Shown here in pieces: positions 15,860 through 25,399 of a stretch of DNA of 33,744 bases (position 1 is its first letter; every line of letters starts with the position of its first letter). Position numbers and translations under genes: made by a program. The stretch covers positions 1 through 33,744 of the forward strand of contig CATIYX010000190.1 in NCBI GenBank assembly GCA_949739095.1, read 5' to 3'. This DNA is from an uncultured Clostridia bacterium (lineage in GTDB: Bacteria; Bacillota; Clostridia; RUG12999). A model generated the notes under the pieces. That model saw only the letters and a list, made by a program, of their open reading frames with translations. It did no database searches and had not been told where the DNA came from.

Positions 15860-18800
15860 ATGATGAAACGCATAGCACTGTTTTTGGCACTGGTACTGCT
15901 GTTTTCTCTTTCTACTCCTGTCATAGGGGCGGCGCCGATGGAATTGATTTATTTGCCGACGGCGGATAGCTATGTATCCCTATCTCAGCCGGATACAAAT
16001 TATGGAGAGGATGCTGCAGCAAAAATTGCAGTATATTCTACGAATGTAAGGAACATTCCATACTATTCCTTTGATTTTACAGAGGAACGGCACGATGATA
16101 TCAAGTTCAATGAGGATTTGATGAGCAATAACGGTATCTGGTATTCTTTTGACGTCACAGCGACTGTGAAACAATATTGGTCGCGTACAAAAAGAGAACT
16201 GCATACAGCGCTGTGGATTCCGTGGGAAGCAAATACAGATTATAGCGGAACGTTTGCAACCAAGGAGAGTGCACTGAATTTACCGCATTTGAAAATCACA
16301 TGCAGCAGCGACGGGAAAAATGTTGTAAAAGCGGTGATATACCTGTTTGGCGGTACCATTTCTCCAACAGTTGAACTATATGAAACGACCGGTGCATTTG
16401 ATGAGCAAACTATTACCTATATGAAACGACCGGCGCTTCGCACAAAAATTGGTATTGGGAAAAAAGAACAGGAGATGTCGGGAAATGTTGTGGACGAAGC
16501 AGTAGTAAACAGCTATGAAGGAAAAAGTATTGGGACGTTGACACAAACCGGTATGGATAAGTTTGAAACAGTAGTGCCTGATTATCCGACATGGGATGAA
16601 ATTTATGACGCGCGGCAGGTGCCAAGTGTAGAAAAGCTGGAAGAGGATTATCATAAGGCGCTTCCTACGAAAGGTCATCCGCGTATTTATGGAAATCAAG
16701 CAGATTGGGAACGAGTGAGAGTTCTGGCGGAACAAGGACAGGAGGCTATCCTAAAATGGAAAGAAACCATACTTAGTGCAGCTGAAATTGCAGTAGCACG
16801 AGGTGTTCCTACGTACTATATCCGTTCAACCGGAGACATTGACCAGCGTGGCAGCGATATTGGTACGCTTGGAATGGCATATCAGCTCACAAAGGACAAA
16901 CGTTATTCAGACGCTTGTTATGCACATCTGAAGGCAGTTGCCGAATATCCGGACTGGAATAATGGCGGTGCGGCACAGTTGAATCTGGGAGACTGTTGTC
17001 TGAATGTGGGACTGGGATATGATTTAATTTATGAGACCATGACGGAAGCGCAAAAAAAAGATATTGTCAGCGGTGCACTCAAAAACGGACTTTATATCAT
17101 GCAGGGAGCGCCCAATACCGGAACCAATAACTGGAATCCGGTCATTAATGGCGGTGCGGCAGTTTTGGCGTGCGCGCTGCTGGACGAAGAAACGGATGTT
17201 TGTTTGGAAATTGTGCGGCAGTCCATTGCAAACATTCCGATTGCATTATTGGAATACTATCCGGACGGCGGATTCCCTGAAGGCCCCTCCTACTGGGCAT
17301 ATATGCTTGATAATTTTGCCAATTTTTTGGCAGCAGTAAACTATACCTTCGGACAGGACTATGGCGTGGGTGATTTTCAAGGGATTTCAACAACGGGATT
17401 TTATCCGATTTATTTACAGGGACCTACACCTACAATACGGTTTAAGTATGGAGATGACAGAACCAAATATATTGCTTCCAAGTCATTGTTCTATCTGGCA
17501 AGGCGGTTTGACGCGCCGGTATTTGCAAAATATCAGCTTGATTTGGCGGAAACATTGAATGATTTCTCGACCATTGCCCCGTATTGGTACTGTGAAGACA
17601 CGTTGTTTGATAATACTGTATCTGTCTATGATACGTTAGACAAGGATAAGACGTTTGATGGACAATCGCCCATTGGTACCATGCGAAGCAATTGGGAGGA
17701 TGAAAACGCATTATTTGCAGGATTTAAAGCCGGATTCCCACAAACAAGCCATGCGGATATGGATATCGGTACGTTTACTTTTGCGGCAAATGGAATAGAA
17801 TGGGGCTGTGATTTGCAGAGTGTTGGCGGCGATTATAGTCGACCGGGTTATTATTCGCTCTTCCGCCATACGCGTTATCTCTATTATGAGCGGTCTGTTC
17901 AGGGGCATAACACACTGTTGTTTGACCCGGGCAGAACTTATCCGGCGATTGAATTTGGGCAGGAGCCAAACAGCTATTCCACCATTGAAAAAGCAGAGTT
18001 TACGCAAGGGCAAGCGCCCTACGTCATTATGGACATCAGCGACGCCTACAGAAGATATGCGACAAAAGTCCGGCGGGGGATTTCTCTGATTAATAACCGC
18101 CGTGAATTTTTGGTGCAGGACGAAATCTGGTCGGAGGGTAACCATACGGTATATTGGTCTATGCATACCAAAGCGGATGTTGAAGTGAACGGCGACGAAG
18201 CAATTTTGACACAAGGCGACAAACGGTTATATTGCAAAATTCTTTCGCCCGGAAATGCAAGCTTTGACGTGATGGATGCAAAACCCTTGCCTATGACAGC
18301 AACCACGGGCGGATATGATCAAAGAACGAGTCAGGACTATCAAAAATTATATGTGAAGTGCGACTATGAAAACCGTACCACACTGTCAATATGGATGGTA
18401 CCACTGACTTGGGGAGATGACATTCCAACGTCTACGCCACAGATGAAACGTCTGGACAATTGGCCGCTGGAGCAAAAGGAAAACGTCACCATCGACGGCA
18501 TACAAATTAATGGAAATCCGCTGGAGGGATTCAAACCGGACAAATATGTATATAACTACATAAGTGGTTCCGCTGATTTTGACTATAAAGTGATTTGCAG
18601 TGATGAAACCGTTGATGTGAAAACAGAATATAGCCAAGGATATTTGCGGATTTTATGCAAAGACAAAACCGGTAAAAAAAGTGATACGCGTTATTTGATA
18701 TCTGCAACGAAAAAGGCGGAAGAAAGTAAATATAAGGTTGAGGCAAGTTATGTACCGCAGCCGGAAAATGCGCCGTCTATGACGATGGATGGAGATTTGG

Positions 18801-19138
18801 GAACGCGCTTTGCAACCGAGGGTGAACAATGGATTCAGTATGATTTGGAAGAAGTGAAGGAAATGGATAGCATTTCTCTCGCCTTCTATATGGGTGCTTC
18901 CAGACGCTACAATATGGGTATTCATCTCTCGGAGGACGGAGAAAACTACACAACGGTATTTGAGGGGAAAACTTCCGGTACCACGGAAAATCTGGAACGC
19001 TATACGTTCGATAAGCAACAGGCACGGTATATCAAGATTACTCTGAACGGTAACAATGAAAATGATTGGGGCAACTTGTCGGAAATTGCCTTTGAGTTCA
19101 TTGAGGATTCGCTGGCGCTTGCGGATGAAGAAGAATAA
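15860..19138 (+). CDS. Secreted multidomain heparinase II/III-like (polysaccharide-lyase fold) protein with C-terminal F5/8 type C (discoidin/CBM32-like) domain
   Basis: Signal peptide. N-terminal accessory beta-sandwich-like region (ADSYVSLSQPDTNYG...). Central motifs NNWNPVINGG, PDGGFPEGPSYWAY, SHADMDIGTFTF, VQGHNTLLF. Cadherin-like segment (IDGIQINGNPLEGFKPDKYVYNY). Discoidin-like end (DGDLGTRFATEGEQWIQYDL...ARYIKITLNGN..NDWGNLSEI). Confidence 0.75.
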   Translation: MMKRIALFLALVLLFSLSTPVIGAAPMELIYLPTADSYVSLSQPDTNYGEDAAAKIAVYSTNVRNIPYYSFDFTEERHDDIKFNEDLMSNNGIWYSFDVTATVKQYWSRTKRELHTALWIPWEANTDYSGTFATKESALNLPHLKITCSSDGKNVVKAVIYLFGGTISPTVELYETTGAFDEQTITYMKRPALRTKIGIGKKEQEMSGNVVDEAVVNSYEGKSIGTLTQTGMDKFETVVPDYPTWDEIYDARQVPSVEKLEEDYHKALPTKGHPRIYGNQADWERVRVLAEQGQEAILKWKETILSAAEIAVARGVPTYYIRSTGDIDQRGSDIGTLGMAYQLTKDKRYSDACYAHLKAVAEYPDWNNGGAAQLNLGDCCLNVGLGYDLIYETMTEAQKKDIVSGALKNGLYIMQGAPNTGTNNWNPVINGGAAVLACALLDEETDVCLEIVRQSIANIPIALLEYYPDGGFPEGPSYWAYMLDNFANFLAAVNYTFGQDYGVGDFQGISTTGFYPIYLQGPTPTIRFKYGDDRTKYIASKSLFYLARRFDAPVFAKYQLDLAETLNDFSTIAPYWYCEDTLFDNTVSVYDTLDKDKTFDGQSPIGTMRSNWEDENALFAGFKAGFPQTSHADMDIGTFTFAANGIEWGCDLQSVGGDYSRPGYYSLFRHTRYLYYERSVQGHNTLLFDPGRTYPAIEFGQEPNSYSTIEKAEFTQGQAPYVIMDISDAYRRYATKVRRGISLINNRREFLVQDEIWSEGNHTVYWSMHTKADVEVNGDEAILTQGDKRLYCKILSPGNASFDVMDAKPLPMTATTGGYDQRTSQDYQKLYVKCDYENRTTLSIWMVPLTWGDDIPTSTPQMKRLDNWPLEQKENVTIDGIQINGNPLEGFKPDKYVYNYISGSADFDYKVICSDETVDVKTEYSQGYLRILCKDKTGKKSDTRYLISATKKAEESKYKVEASYVPQPENAPSMTMDGDLGTRFATEGEQWIQYDLEEVKEMDSISLAFYMGASRRYNMGIHLSEDGENYTTVFEGKTSGTTENLERYTFDKQQARYIKITLNGNNENDWGNLSEIAFEFIEDSLALADEEE

Positions 19139-19143
19139 AGGAT

Positions 19144-21024
19144 ATGATTGCGGAAATGATTGGGAAAAACTATATTACAGCAGAGATTGTAACACGGACG
19201 AAAGAAATTTCGGAGACAGTGACCATTGGTGCTTATACATTAGGCACCAATGCATCCGACAGGAAAGTCTGGGAGAGAGCGGCACGCCTTGAAGGCGCGC
19301 CAGCGCTCCTGCAAAAAGCAGAAAATATTCTCAAAGAGGAAATTGCGGTTATCGACGATGTGTTGTATTACAGTGCGGAGCAATTGGGACACAGCGGAAA
19401 AATCAATCAGGTGCAGTTTAGATTGGTGCAGAATCTGGAGGATATGCTTCTGGCGGAGTGCATAGAGAACAAAGGAAGATTTTTGTCAAAAATAGAAGCG
19501 TATATTGAGGCGATATGTACGATGAAATCTTGGGTCAATGCAGGGCATGACCGGGCGTTTGGCTATGCACAGTACCGAAATAGATACGGATTGGTCGATT
19601 TATACACGGCAAATATCGTGTGGGCGTTTATCGCCTGCGATAGCTGTCTGGGAGAACGGCTTTCGGAGAATATCCGGCAAATGATGCGGGACAGCGTGAA
19701 AACGCGGGCGCTGGATATTTATGAGAGAAAGCTGCGGGGCGAAACAGACAAGCCGCTGAAAGGAGAATTGGTGCCGCTCTATTGGATGGACGTCTTCGGG
19801 AACTGGATTGCTGTTTGTGCCGGTGCGATGACAGCGGGGATGTTATACTTTGGCGAGGATGATAAAAAAGCTCTGTATATTGCCGTTTATGAACATTGTA
19901 TGGCGCAATATGCGAAAAGTCTGAAAAATGGATATTGTGCGGAGGGTCTGTCTTATTGGAACTATGGCTTTGCCCATTTTATTGCTGGCGCGGATGCAGT
20001 TGCCAGAGCGACGGGCGGCGTGGTTGATTTATATTTGCAGGGGGATTTATGCCGCGCAGCAACGTTTGGACTTGACTTTGCCATGACAACGAATGACTAT
20101 CCGGCTATTGCAGATTGCATGTTCGGCGAACAACCTTCTTCCTTCAATCTATGCTACTACCACATGCGATGTGGGCAACGCACAAAGTTACCGGCGGATT
20201 TGCTGACAGGCTACCATGCGAATTTTGCTTTATGTCTGTTGGCATGGACTCCTAACTTAAGCGGTACAATGCAGGAGCGGGTGGACAGAAACCCACTGCG
20301 CAGTATGTATGACGGATATGACGTTTTGGTGTGCCGCAATGAAGACGCTACATTTGGTGCGTATATCAAAGGCGGCACAAATCAAGAGCCACACAATCAC
20401 AATGATTTGGGTGCTTTTGCGATTTCTGTGAAGGGGGAAAGCGTGATTGCCGACGTTGGTTATACGCGCTATACCAATACAACGTTTGAAAAGGAGCGGT
20501 ATCAGGAGGAGGCGCTAAGTTCTTTTGGACACAGCGTACCCGTAGTCAGCGGATGCTTGCAGGGACCAGCTGAATTCAAATGCGATGTTTTTGATGAGAC
20601 ACCGCCATTTTATGTCACCATTTTGGAAAAGCATTTCACAGAAGCGCAAGATGAACTGTTGCTTGACCTTACATCTGCATATGCATGTCCGAATTTAAAG
20701 CGGCTCACAAGGAAGTTCACATTTTGCAGGAAAGAGAAGAAAGTAGAGATTTTGGACTGCTATGCATTTGATAGACCTGATACGGTGGAATCAGCATTTC
20801 TGACCTTTGGCTGCGTAAAGATAGAAGGAAATAAACTTACTGTAAAAGGAAAGTATGCGCGGATAGATGTATGCGTTCCACCGTCTGTCATGATTGAAGT
20901 AACGCCGATTTCAGGAGTGGTAGTGAATGGTCATCAGGATACAGTGTATCCGATACGGATTGGAATTCGCAAAAAGGAAAAGGAATCAGAGGGTCAATTG
21001 AAGCTGATTTTTTCTGCGGAATAA
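19144..21024 (+). CDS. Cytoplasmic heparinase II/III-like family protein (no signal peptide)
   Basis: It has the same ordered motif set as the 15860 protein: GNWIAVCAG, YCAEGLSYWNYG, HNHNDLGAFAIS, SFGHSVPVV. The N-terminus is not hydrophobic. Start is 19144 or 19156. Confidence 0.75.
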   Translation: MIAEMIGKNYITAEIVTRTKEISETVTIGAYTLGTNASDRKVWERAARLEGAPALLQKAENILKEEIAVIDDVLYYSAEQLGHSGKINQVQFRLVQNLEDMLLAECIENKGRFLSKIEAYIEAICTMKSWVNAGHDRAFGYAQYRNRYGLVDLYTANIVWAFIACDSCLGERLSENIRQMMRDSVKTRALDIYERKLRGETDKPLKGELVPLYWMDVFGNWIAVCAGAMTAGMLYFGEDDKKALYIAVYEHCMAQYAKSLKNGYCAEGLSYWNYGFAHFIAGADAVARATGGVVDLYLQGDLCRAATFGLDFAMTTNDYPAIADCMFGEQPSSFNLCYYHMRCGQRTKLPADLLTGYHANFALCLLAWTPNLSGTMQERVDRNPLRSMYDGYDVLVCRNEDATFGAYIKGGTNQEPHNHNDLGAFAISVKGESVIADVGYTRYTNTTFEKERYQEEALSSFGHSVPVVSGCLQGPAEFKCDVFDETPPFYVTILEKHFTEAQDELLLDLTSAYACPNLKRLTRKFTFCRKEKKVEILDCYAFDRPDTVESAFLTFGCVKIEGNKLTVKGKYARIDVCVPPSVMIEVTPISGVVVNGHQDTVYPIRIGIRKKEKESEGQLKLIFSAE

Positions 21025-21222
21025 ATGGTCTTGAGGTGCTTTCGGGGGACGTGAAAGCATATAGTGAAAATACATGTGAATTCAGGCGAATGGATTTTAT
21101 AGGAATCTGTTCGCTTGATTTATTTTTGAATAGTAACGATACCTCTAAATAGTGATGACTTGTAATATTAACTAAAAAAATATTATATATATTGGCATTT
21201 ATACCAAGAATAAATAAAAAAC

Positions 21223-21251
21223 TTGACAAAATTTATGCGGGCTGCTATAAT
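21223..21251 (+). promoter_or_regulatory. Perfect-consensus sigma-A promoter upstream of tetR
   Basis: TTGACA (21223-21228), 17-nt spacer, TATAAT (21246-21251). This gives a leader of about 230 nt to ATG 21483. Confidence 0.6.
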
Positions 21252-21386
21252 TAGGAACAAGAGGTAGACTCAAATACATGAGTAATAATATAAAAGGAAA
21301 TATAGGTATAAGCGTTTTCAGCAGAGGGTGGTATCCAGCAAAATGATGTTGCAGAAGGAGGACCACTTATTTTTTTCACTATAATA

Positions 21387-21404
21387 TAACTAAATAGTTA
21401 GTTT
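21387..21404. promoter_or_regulatory. Candidate TetR operator, copy 1 (taactaaatagttagttt)
   Basis: The 18-nt sequence is identical to 22315..22332. Inverted arms AACTAA/TTAGTT are separated by 4 nt. It lies immediately downstream of a TATAAT hexamer (21380-21385). Confidence 0.55.
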
Positions 21405-21482
21405 TTGATTTTTAAATAACTTATAAAATTTTGCAAGCGAAGAGAATTAGTAATTGTTAAAAACAATAGGAAGTGATGGTTT

Positions 21483-22145
21483 ATGAAGGGAAATGCAATC
21501 AGGATGGATACTGGTAGTCAAACGCGGCGGCGTGTGCGCAACAGTGCAGTTGCAAAAGCAAAAATTTTGAAAGCAGCGGAGGACGAATTTGCAAATAATG
21601 GTCTTTCAGGGGCACGAATAGATACGATTGCGCTCACATCAGGGTACAATAAAAGCTTAATTTATCAATATTTTGGAAACAAGGAAAAATTATATGAAGT
21701 GGTTATTTATAATACCTATTCCAAATTATCGGATGTGGAGCAGGTCATCATTTCAAAAGATTTAGGATATGAAGAAAGCGTTGCAATGATTGTGCAGAGC
21801 TATTTTGAGTTTTTAAAGGACAATCCTAACTTTGTGAAATTGATTATGCATGAGAACTTGAATCAAGGTAAATATATTGCAGCAAGTGGTTCGCTGCGTG
21901 TCAAAGATCCCATGCTTCGGGCGTTAAAAAAAGTAGTAGAAGTAGGAAAAAGCGAGGGTGTGTTCAACGAAAGTGTGGATGAAACGCAGGTTCTGATTTC
22001 TTTGATAACCGGTTCATTCTCCTATTTTTCCAATATCTATACGCTGTCTCAGGTATTGCATATTGATTTGTCAGAAGAAGAGAACATGAAAAAACGGATG
22101 AAATTTGTAACGGAATCTATTTTAAATTATTTGCGTAATGGATGA
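21483..22145 (+). CDS. TetR/AcrR-family transcriptional regulator
   Basis: N-terminal TetR HTH pattern (AKILKAAEDEFANNGLSGARIDTIALTSGYNKSLIYQYFGNKEKLY). 220 aa. Confidence 0.85.
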   Translation: MKGNAIRMDTGSQTRRRVRNSAVAKAKILKAAEDEFANNGLSGARIDTIALTSGYNKSLIYQYFGNKEKLYEVVIYNTYSKLSDVEQVIISKDLGYEESVAMIVQSYFEFLKDNPNFVKLIMHENLNQGKYIAASGSLRVKDPMLRALKKVVEVGKSEGVFNESVDETQVLISLITGSFSYFSNIYTLSQVLHIDLSEEENMKKRMKFVTESILNYLRNG

Positions 22146-22314
22146 GAAAAGCCGTAATATACATTATGTTTGAAGTTTTTTTATGATAGAGACATATGCC
22201 AGGGAAATGTTGATTTGTTCATGAAAACAAAAATGGGATAGATTACATAAAATGATGGACAGAAAAATGTTTTCCTGGTAAATAAAGTGGAGAAAAAATT
22301 TTTTTGAAATTATT

Positions 22315-22332
22315 TAACTAAATAGTTAGTTT
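22315..22332. promoter_or_regulatory. Candidate TetR operator, copy 2, in front of the second operon
   Basis: Identical 18-mer taactaaatagttagttt. It sits between a TTGAAA hexamer (22304-22309) and a weak TAGTTT -10 (22327-22332). Confidence 0.55.
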
Positions 22333-22439
22333 ATGAATAATGGATAAATATAAAGGGATATATGGTAAATTTTTTGATGAAATTATAAAATTGAGATGTC
22401 AAATAGTAGAGAGTTATACATGTGGCGAGGGGTGGATTT

Positions 22440-23438
22440 ATGCTGAAATTGCTAATTACAATACCGAACGGTCCCATCAAAGATAGTTTTGTTCCATGTG
22501 AGGTGTGTGAGCGTCTGGAAAAGCTGTTTGATGTGACTTATAATGAAGGAACAGAGAATTATTCTGAAGAGGAATTAAAAGTCCTCCTGAATGGAAAAGA
22601 CGTTGTTCTTACAGGATGGGGAACCCCAAAACTGACAGAAAGGGTGCTTGCAGGAAATGATACATTAAAAATCATTGCCCATACAGGCGGTTCGGTTGCA
22701 ACCATTGTAGATGACTATGCCTATGAAAAAGGAATTCGGGTGCTGAGTGGCAATGAAATATATGCAGAATCGGTTGCAGAAGCTTGCGTGGCATATGCAT
22801 TAAGTGCGTTGAGACGGATACCGGATTATCTTGCGGTCACAAAAGCCGGTGGCTGGCGGTCAGAAGATGTCTTGTGGGAGGGACTGCTGGGTCAGACGGT
22901 TGGACTGGTCAGCTACGGAATGATTACCAAACATTTTGTGAGAATGCTACAACCGTTTTCGCCAAAGATAAAAGTCTATTCCTCGCATTTGGACGAAGCT
23001 GAGTTAAAGGCAAATCATATGGAAAAAGCATCGCTTGCCGAAATTTTTGCAACCTGTAAAGTCATATCAATCCATTCAGCGTTGACAGAAAAAACCTATC
23101 ACATGATTGATAAACCTCTGTTGCAAAGTATTCAGGACGGCGCGGTGCTAATAAACACGGCAAGAGGCGGCGTAATTGATGAAGCGGCGCTTGTCAAGGA
23201 ATTGAAAAAAGAACGGTTTCGGGCCGTTTTAGATGTTTATGAACAGGAACCGTTGCCGCCGGACCATCCTTTGCGGAACATGCCTAATGTATATCCTATT
23301 CCGCACATGGGCGGACCGACTTATGACAGGAGAAAGGTGGTAACGCAGCGGCTTGCGGATGACATTGTGCGTATCCGGGACGGAGAACCCCCACAAATGG
23401 AAATCAGTCGGAGTTACGCTGCGCACATGACAAAATAA
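22440..23438 (+). CDS. D-isomer-specific 2-hydroxyacid dehydrogenase family, NAD(P)-binding
   Basis: GAGGGG RBS 7 nt before ATG 22440. Motifs GQTVGLVSYGMITKHF (dinucleotide fold), LINTARGGVIDEAAL, LDVYEQEP, PHMGG. Confidence 0.8.
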   Translation: MLKLLITIPNGPIKDSFVPCEVCERLEKLFDVTYNEGTENYSEEELKVLLNGKDVVLTGWGTPKLTERVLAGNDTLKIIAHTGGSVATIVDDYAYEKGIRVLSGNEIYAESVAEACVAYALSALRRIPDYLAVTKAGGWRSEDVLWEGLLGQTVGLVSYGMITKHFVRMLQPFSPKIKVYSSHLDEAELKANHMEKASLAEIFATCKVISIHSALTEKTYHMIDKPLLQSIQDGAVLINTARGGVIDEAALVKELKKERFRAVLDVYEQEPLPPDHPLRNMPNVYPIPHMGGPTYDRRKVVTQRLADDIVRIRDGEPPQMEISRSYAAHMTK

Positions 23439-23528
23439 AAGAATCATTTGTGCATGTGGCAGAAACTTTTTATGCGGAACAAAAAATGATAAATAAGCTG
23501 CAAGAGCGGAAAGGATAGGAAAAAAACA

Positions 23529-24443
23529 ATGACGAAATGCAGAGAATTTTTTCACGGTCTGAGGCGGGATTGGCAGTTGGTATTGCTGGTGCTGCCGGGT
23601 GTGATATTTTATTTGATTTACAGATATCTACCAATGTATGGTTTGATTATTGCGTTTAAGGATTACGGTATTTATACAGGAATTAACGGAAGTCCATGGG
23701 CGGGTCTGAAATATTTTCAGGAGTTTTTCTCCTCCGGAGACTTTTTCCTGCTTTTTAAAAACACCCTGCTGATAGGGGTCTACAGTTTGCTTTGGTCGTT
23801 TCCGTTTCCGATTATTTTAGCAATTCTACTCAATGAGATGCGGCTGAAATCATTTAAAAAGTTGGTACAGACGGTTACGTTTCTCCCTTCATTTTTATCA
23901 ACGGTAGTTGTCTGCTCCATGGTGATTGATTTTCTTTCACCCAGCACCGGTATTATCAATACCATCATAAAAGCTTGCGGCGGGGAACCAATTTATTTTA
24001 TGACAAAACCGGAATGGTTCAGAACCGTATACATATCGTCCGGTATATGGCAGCAAACAGGCTATAATGCAGTGATATATCTGGCGGCGCTGACAAGTCT
24101 TGATACCAGTCTGCTAGAAGCTGCGGAAATCGATGGCTGCGGAAGACTGAAAAAAATCTGGTATATTGTGTTGCCAAGCCTAATGCCCATCATTACTATT
24201 ATGTTTATTTTGAATTCAGGAAATATTTTTAAAGCGGCGCAGGACAAAATGCTGCTGCTATATAACCCGGCAACCTATTCCGTATCCGACATTTTCTCAA
24301 CATTTACATATCGTAAGGGTATCGTGGAGAACAATTATAGTTATTCCACGGCGGTCGGATTTTTTGAAGCAATCGTTTCACTGATTGTTGTCACGGTAAC
24401 GAATTATGTGAGTAAGAAAATGAATGATACGAGTTTATGGTAA
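23529..24443 (+). CDS. Carbohydrate ABC transporter permease (LplB-like), paralogue of 9829..10779
   Basis: RRDWQLVLLVLPGVIFYLIYRYLPMYGLIIAFKDY...GSPWAGLKYF. EAA loop EAAEIDGCGRLKKIWYIVLP. Confidence 0.85.
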   Translation: MTKCREFFHGLRRDWQLVLLVLPGVIFYLIYRYLPMYGLIIAFKDYGIYTGINGSPWAGLKYFQEFFSSGDFFLLFKNTLLIGVYSLLWSFPFPIILAILLNEMRLKSFKKLVQTVTFLPSFLSTVVVCSMVIDFLSPSTGIINTIIKACGGEPIYFMTKPEWFRTVYISSGIWQQTGYNAVIYLAALTSLDTSLLEAAEIDGCGRLKKIWYIVLPSLMPIITIMFILNSGNIFKAAQDKMLLLYNPATYSVSDIFSTFTYRKGIVENNYSYSTAVGFFEAIVSLIVVTVTNYVSKKMNDTSLW

Positions 24444-24456
24444 GGAGATGAGAAGA

Positions 24457-25314
24457 ATGAAACGAAAAATAACGATTTTTGATTGTGTGAATTTTTTAAT
24501 TTTGTTGGCGGTTCTTTTCATCACGATTTACCCGCTGTGGTATGTGCTGTGTATTTCGCTCAGTTCTACAGAGATGATAAACAGTGGAACCGTAACATTA
24601 TATCCTAAGGGATTCAATTTTGCTGCATATAAACAGATTTTTGGAACGTCCAAAATCCTCCGTGCATATTCCAATTCAGTGGTATATACTGCGATTGGCA
24701 CAATGTGTTGTATGGCGATGACAATTGTTTTTGTCTATCCGCTTTCCAGAAAAAACTTTGTGTTGCGTAAACCGATTACCGTGCTTATTACCATTACATT
24801 ATATTTTACCGGCGGATTGATTCCAACCTTTCTGGTAGTGCAAGGAACCGGACTGCTGGATTCCATGTGGAGTCTTATCATTCCTAATATTATATGGACG
24901 TTTGACGCTATTTTGCTGCGCAACTTCTTTGAAGGCGTCCCGCCAGAACTACATGAAGCAGCAATTATAGACGGTGCAAATGAAATGAAAATTTTGACTA
25001 AAATATACATACCGCTTTCCACATCGGCGATTGCAACCATTGCTTTATTTTATGCAATGGGGCAGTGGAATAGTTATTTACTGCCATCTATCTATATCAC
25101 TTCCTATGAAAAATTGCCGCTACCGGTTATTTTGCGCGACATGCTGATGGAGGATACGAATTCCAATCCCAATTCCATTGCGAGCAATCAAATCACGCCG
25201 GAAGCGCTAAAAAATGCAACAATGTTTGTCTCTATTTTACCGTTTTTGATATTTTACCCCTATTTACAGAAATATTTTGTAAAAGGACTGACTATGGGTG
25301 CAGTCAAGGGCTAA
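24457..25314 (+). CDS. Carbohydrate ABC transporter permease (LplC-like), paralogue of 10796..11668
   Basis: AAGGAG RBS 9 nt before ATG 24457. TM-rich. EAA loop HEAAIIDGANEMKILTKIYIPLS. Confidence 0.85.
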   Translation: MKRKITIFDCVNFLILLAVLFITIYPLWYVLCISLSSTEMINSGTVTLYPKGFNFAAYKQIFGTSKILRAYSNSVVYTAIGTMCCMAMTIVFVYPLSRKNFVLRKPITVLITITLYFTGGLIPTFLVVQGTGLLDSMWSLIIPNIIWTFDAILLRNFFEGVPPELHEAAIIDGANEMKILTKIYIPLSTSAIATIALFYAMGQWNSYLLPSIYITSYEKLPLPVILRDMLMEDTNSNPNSIASNQITPEALKNATMFVSILPFLIFYPYLQKYFVKGLTMGAVKG

Positions 25315-25399
25315 TACTACGGTGGTACGCCAGCGGTGGCGCTGTGCGAAAAAATAAATGATATCGGAAAGAAAAGATAAGATTAAAGGAGGAATTTTT

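Noticed and set aside
21037-21059. Hairpin tgctttc-N9-gaaagca after the second lyase-like gene as an intrinsic terminator
   Set aside because: The stem is only 7 bp and no U-tract follows, so it was not listed as a feature.
21278-21380. 22-codon leader ORF (21278..21346) and a possible attenuator hairpin before the T-run at 21369..21376 in the tetR leader
   Set aside because: The nearest AGAGG is 13 nt from the ATG. The only stem I can draw (ggtggt/accact) is 6 bp with an approximately 29-nt loop. The evidence for a leader-peptide or attenuation mechanism is insufficient.
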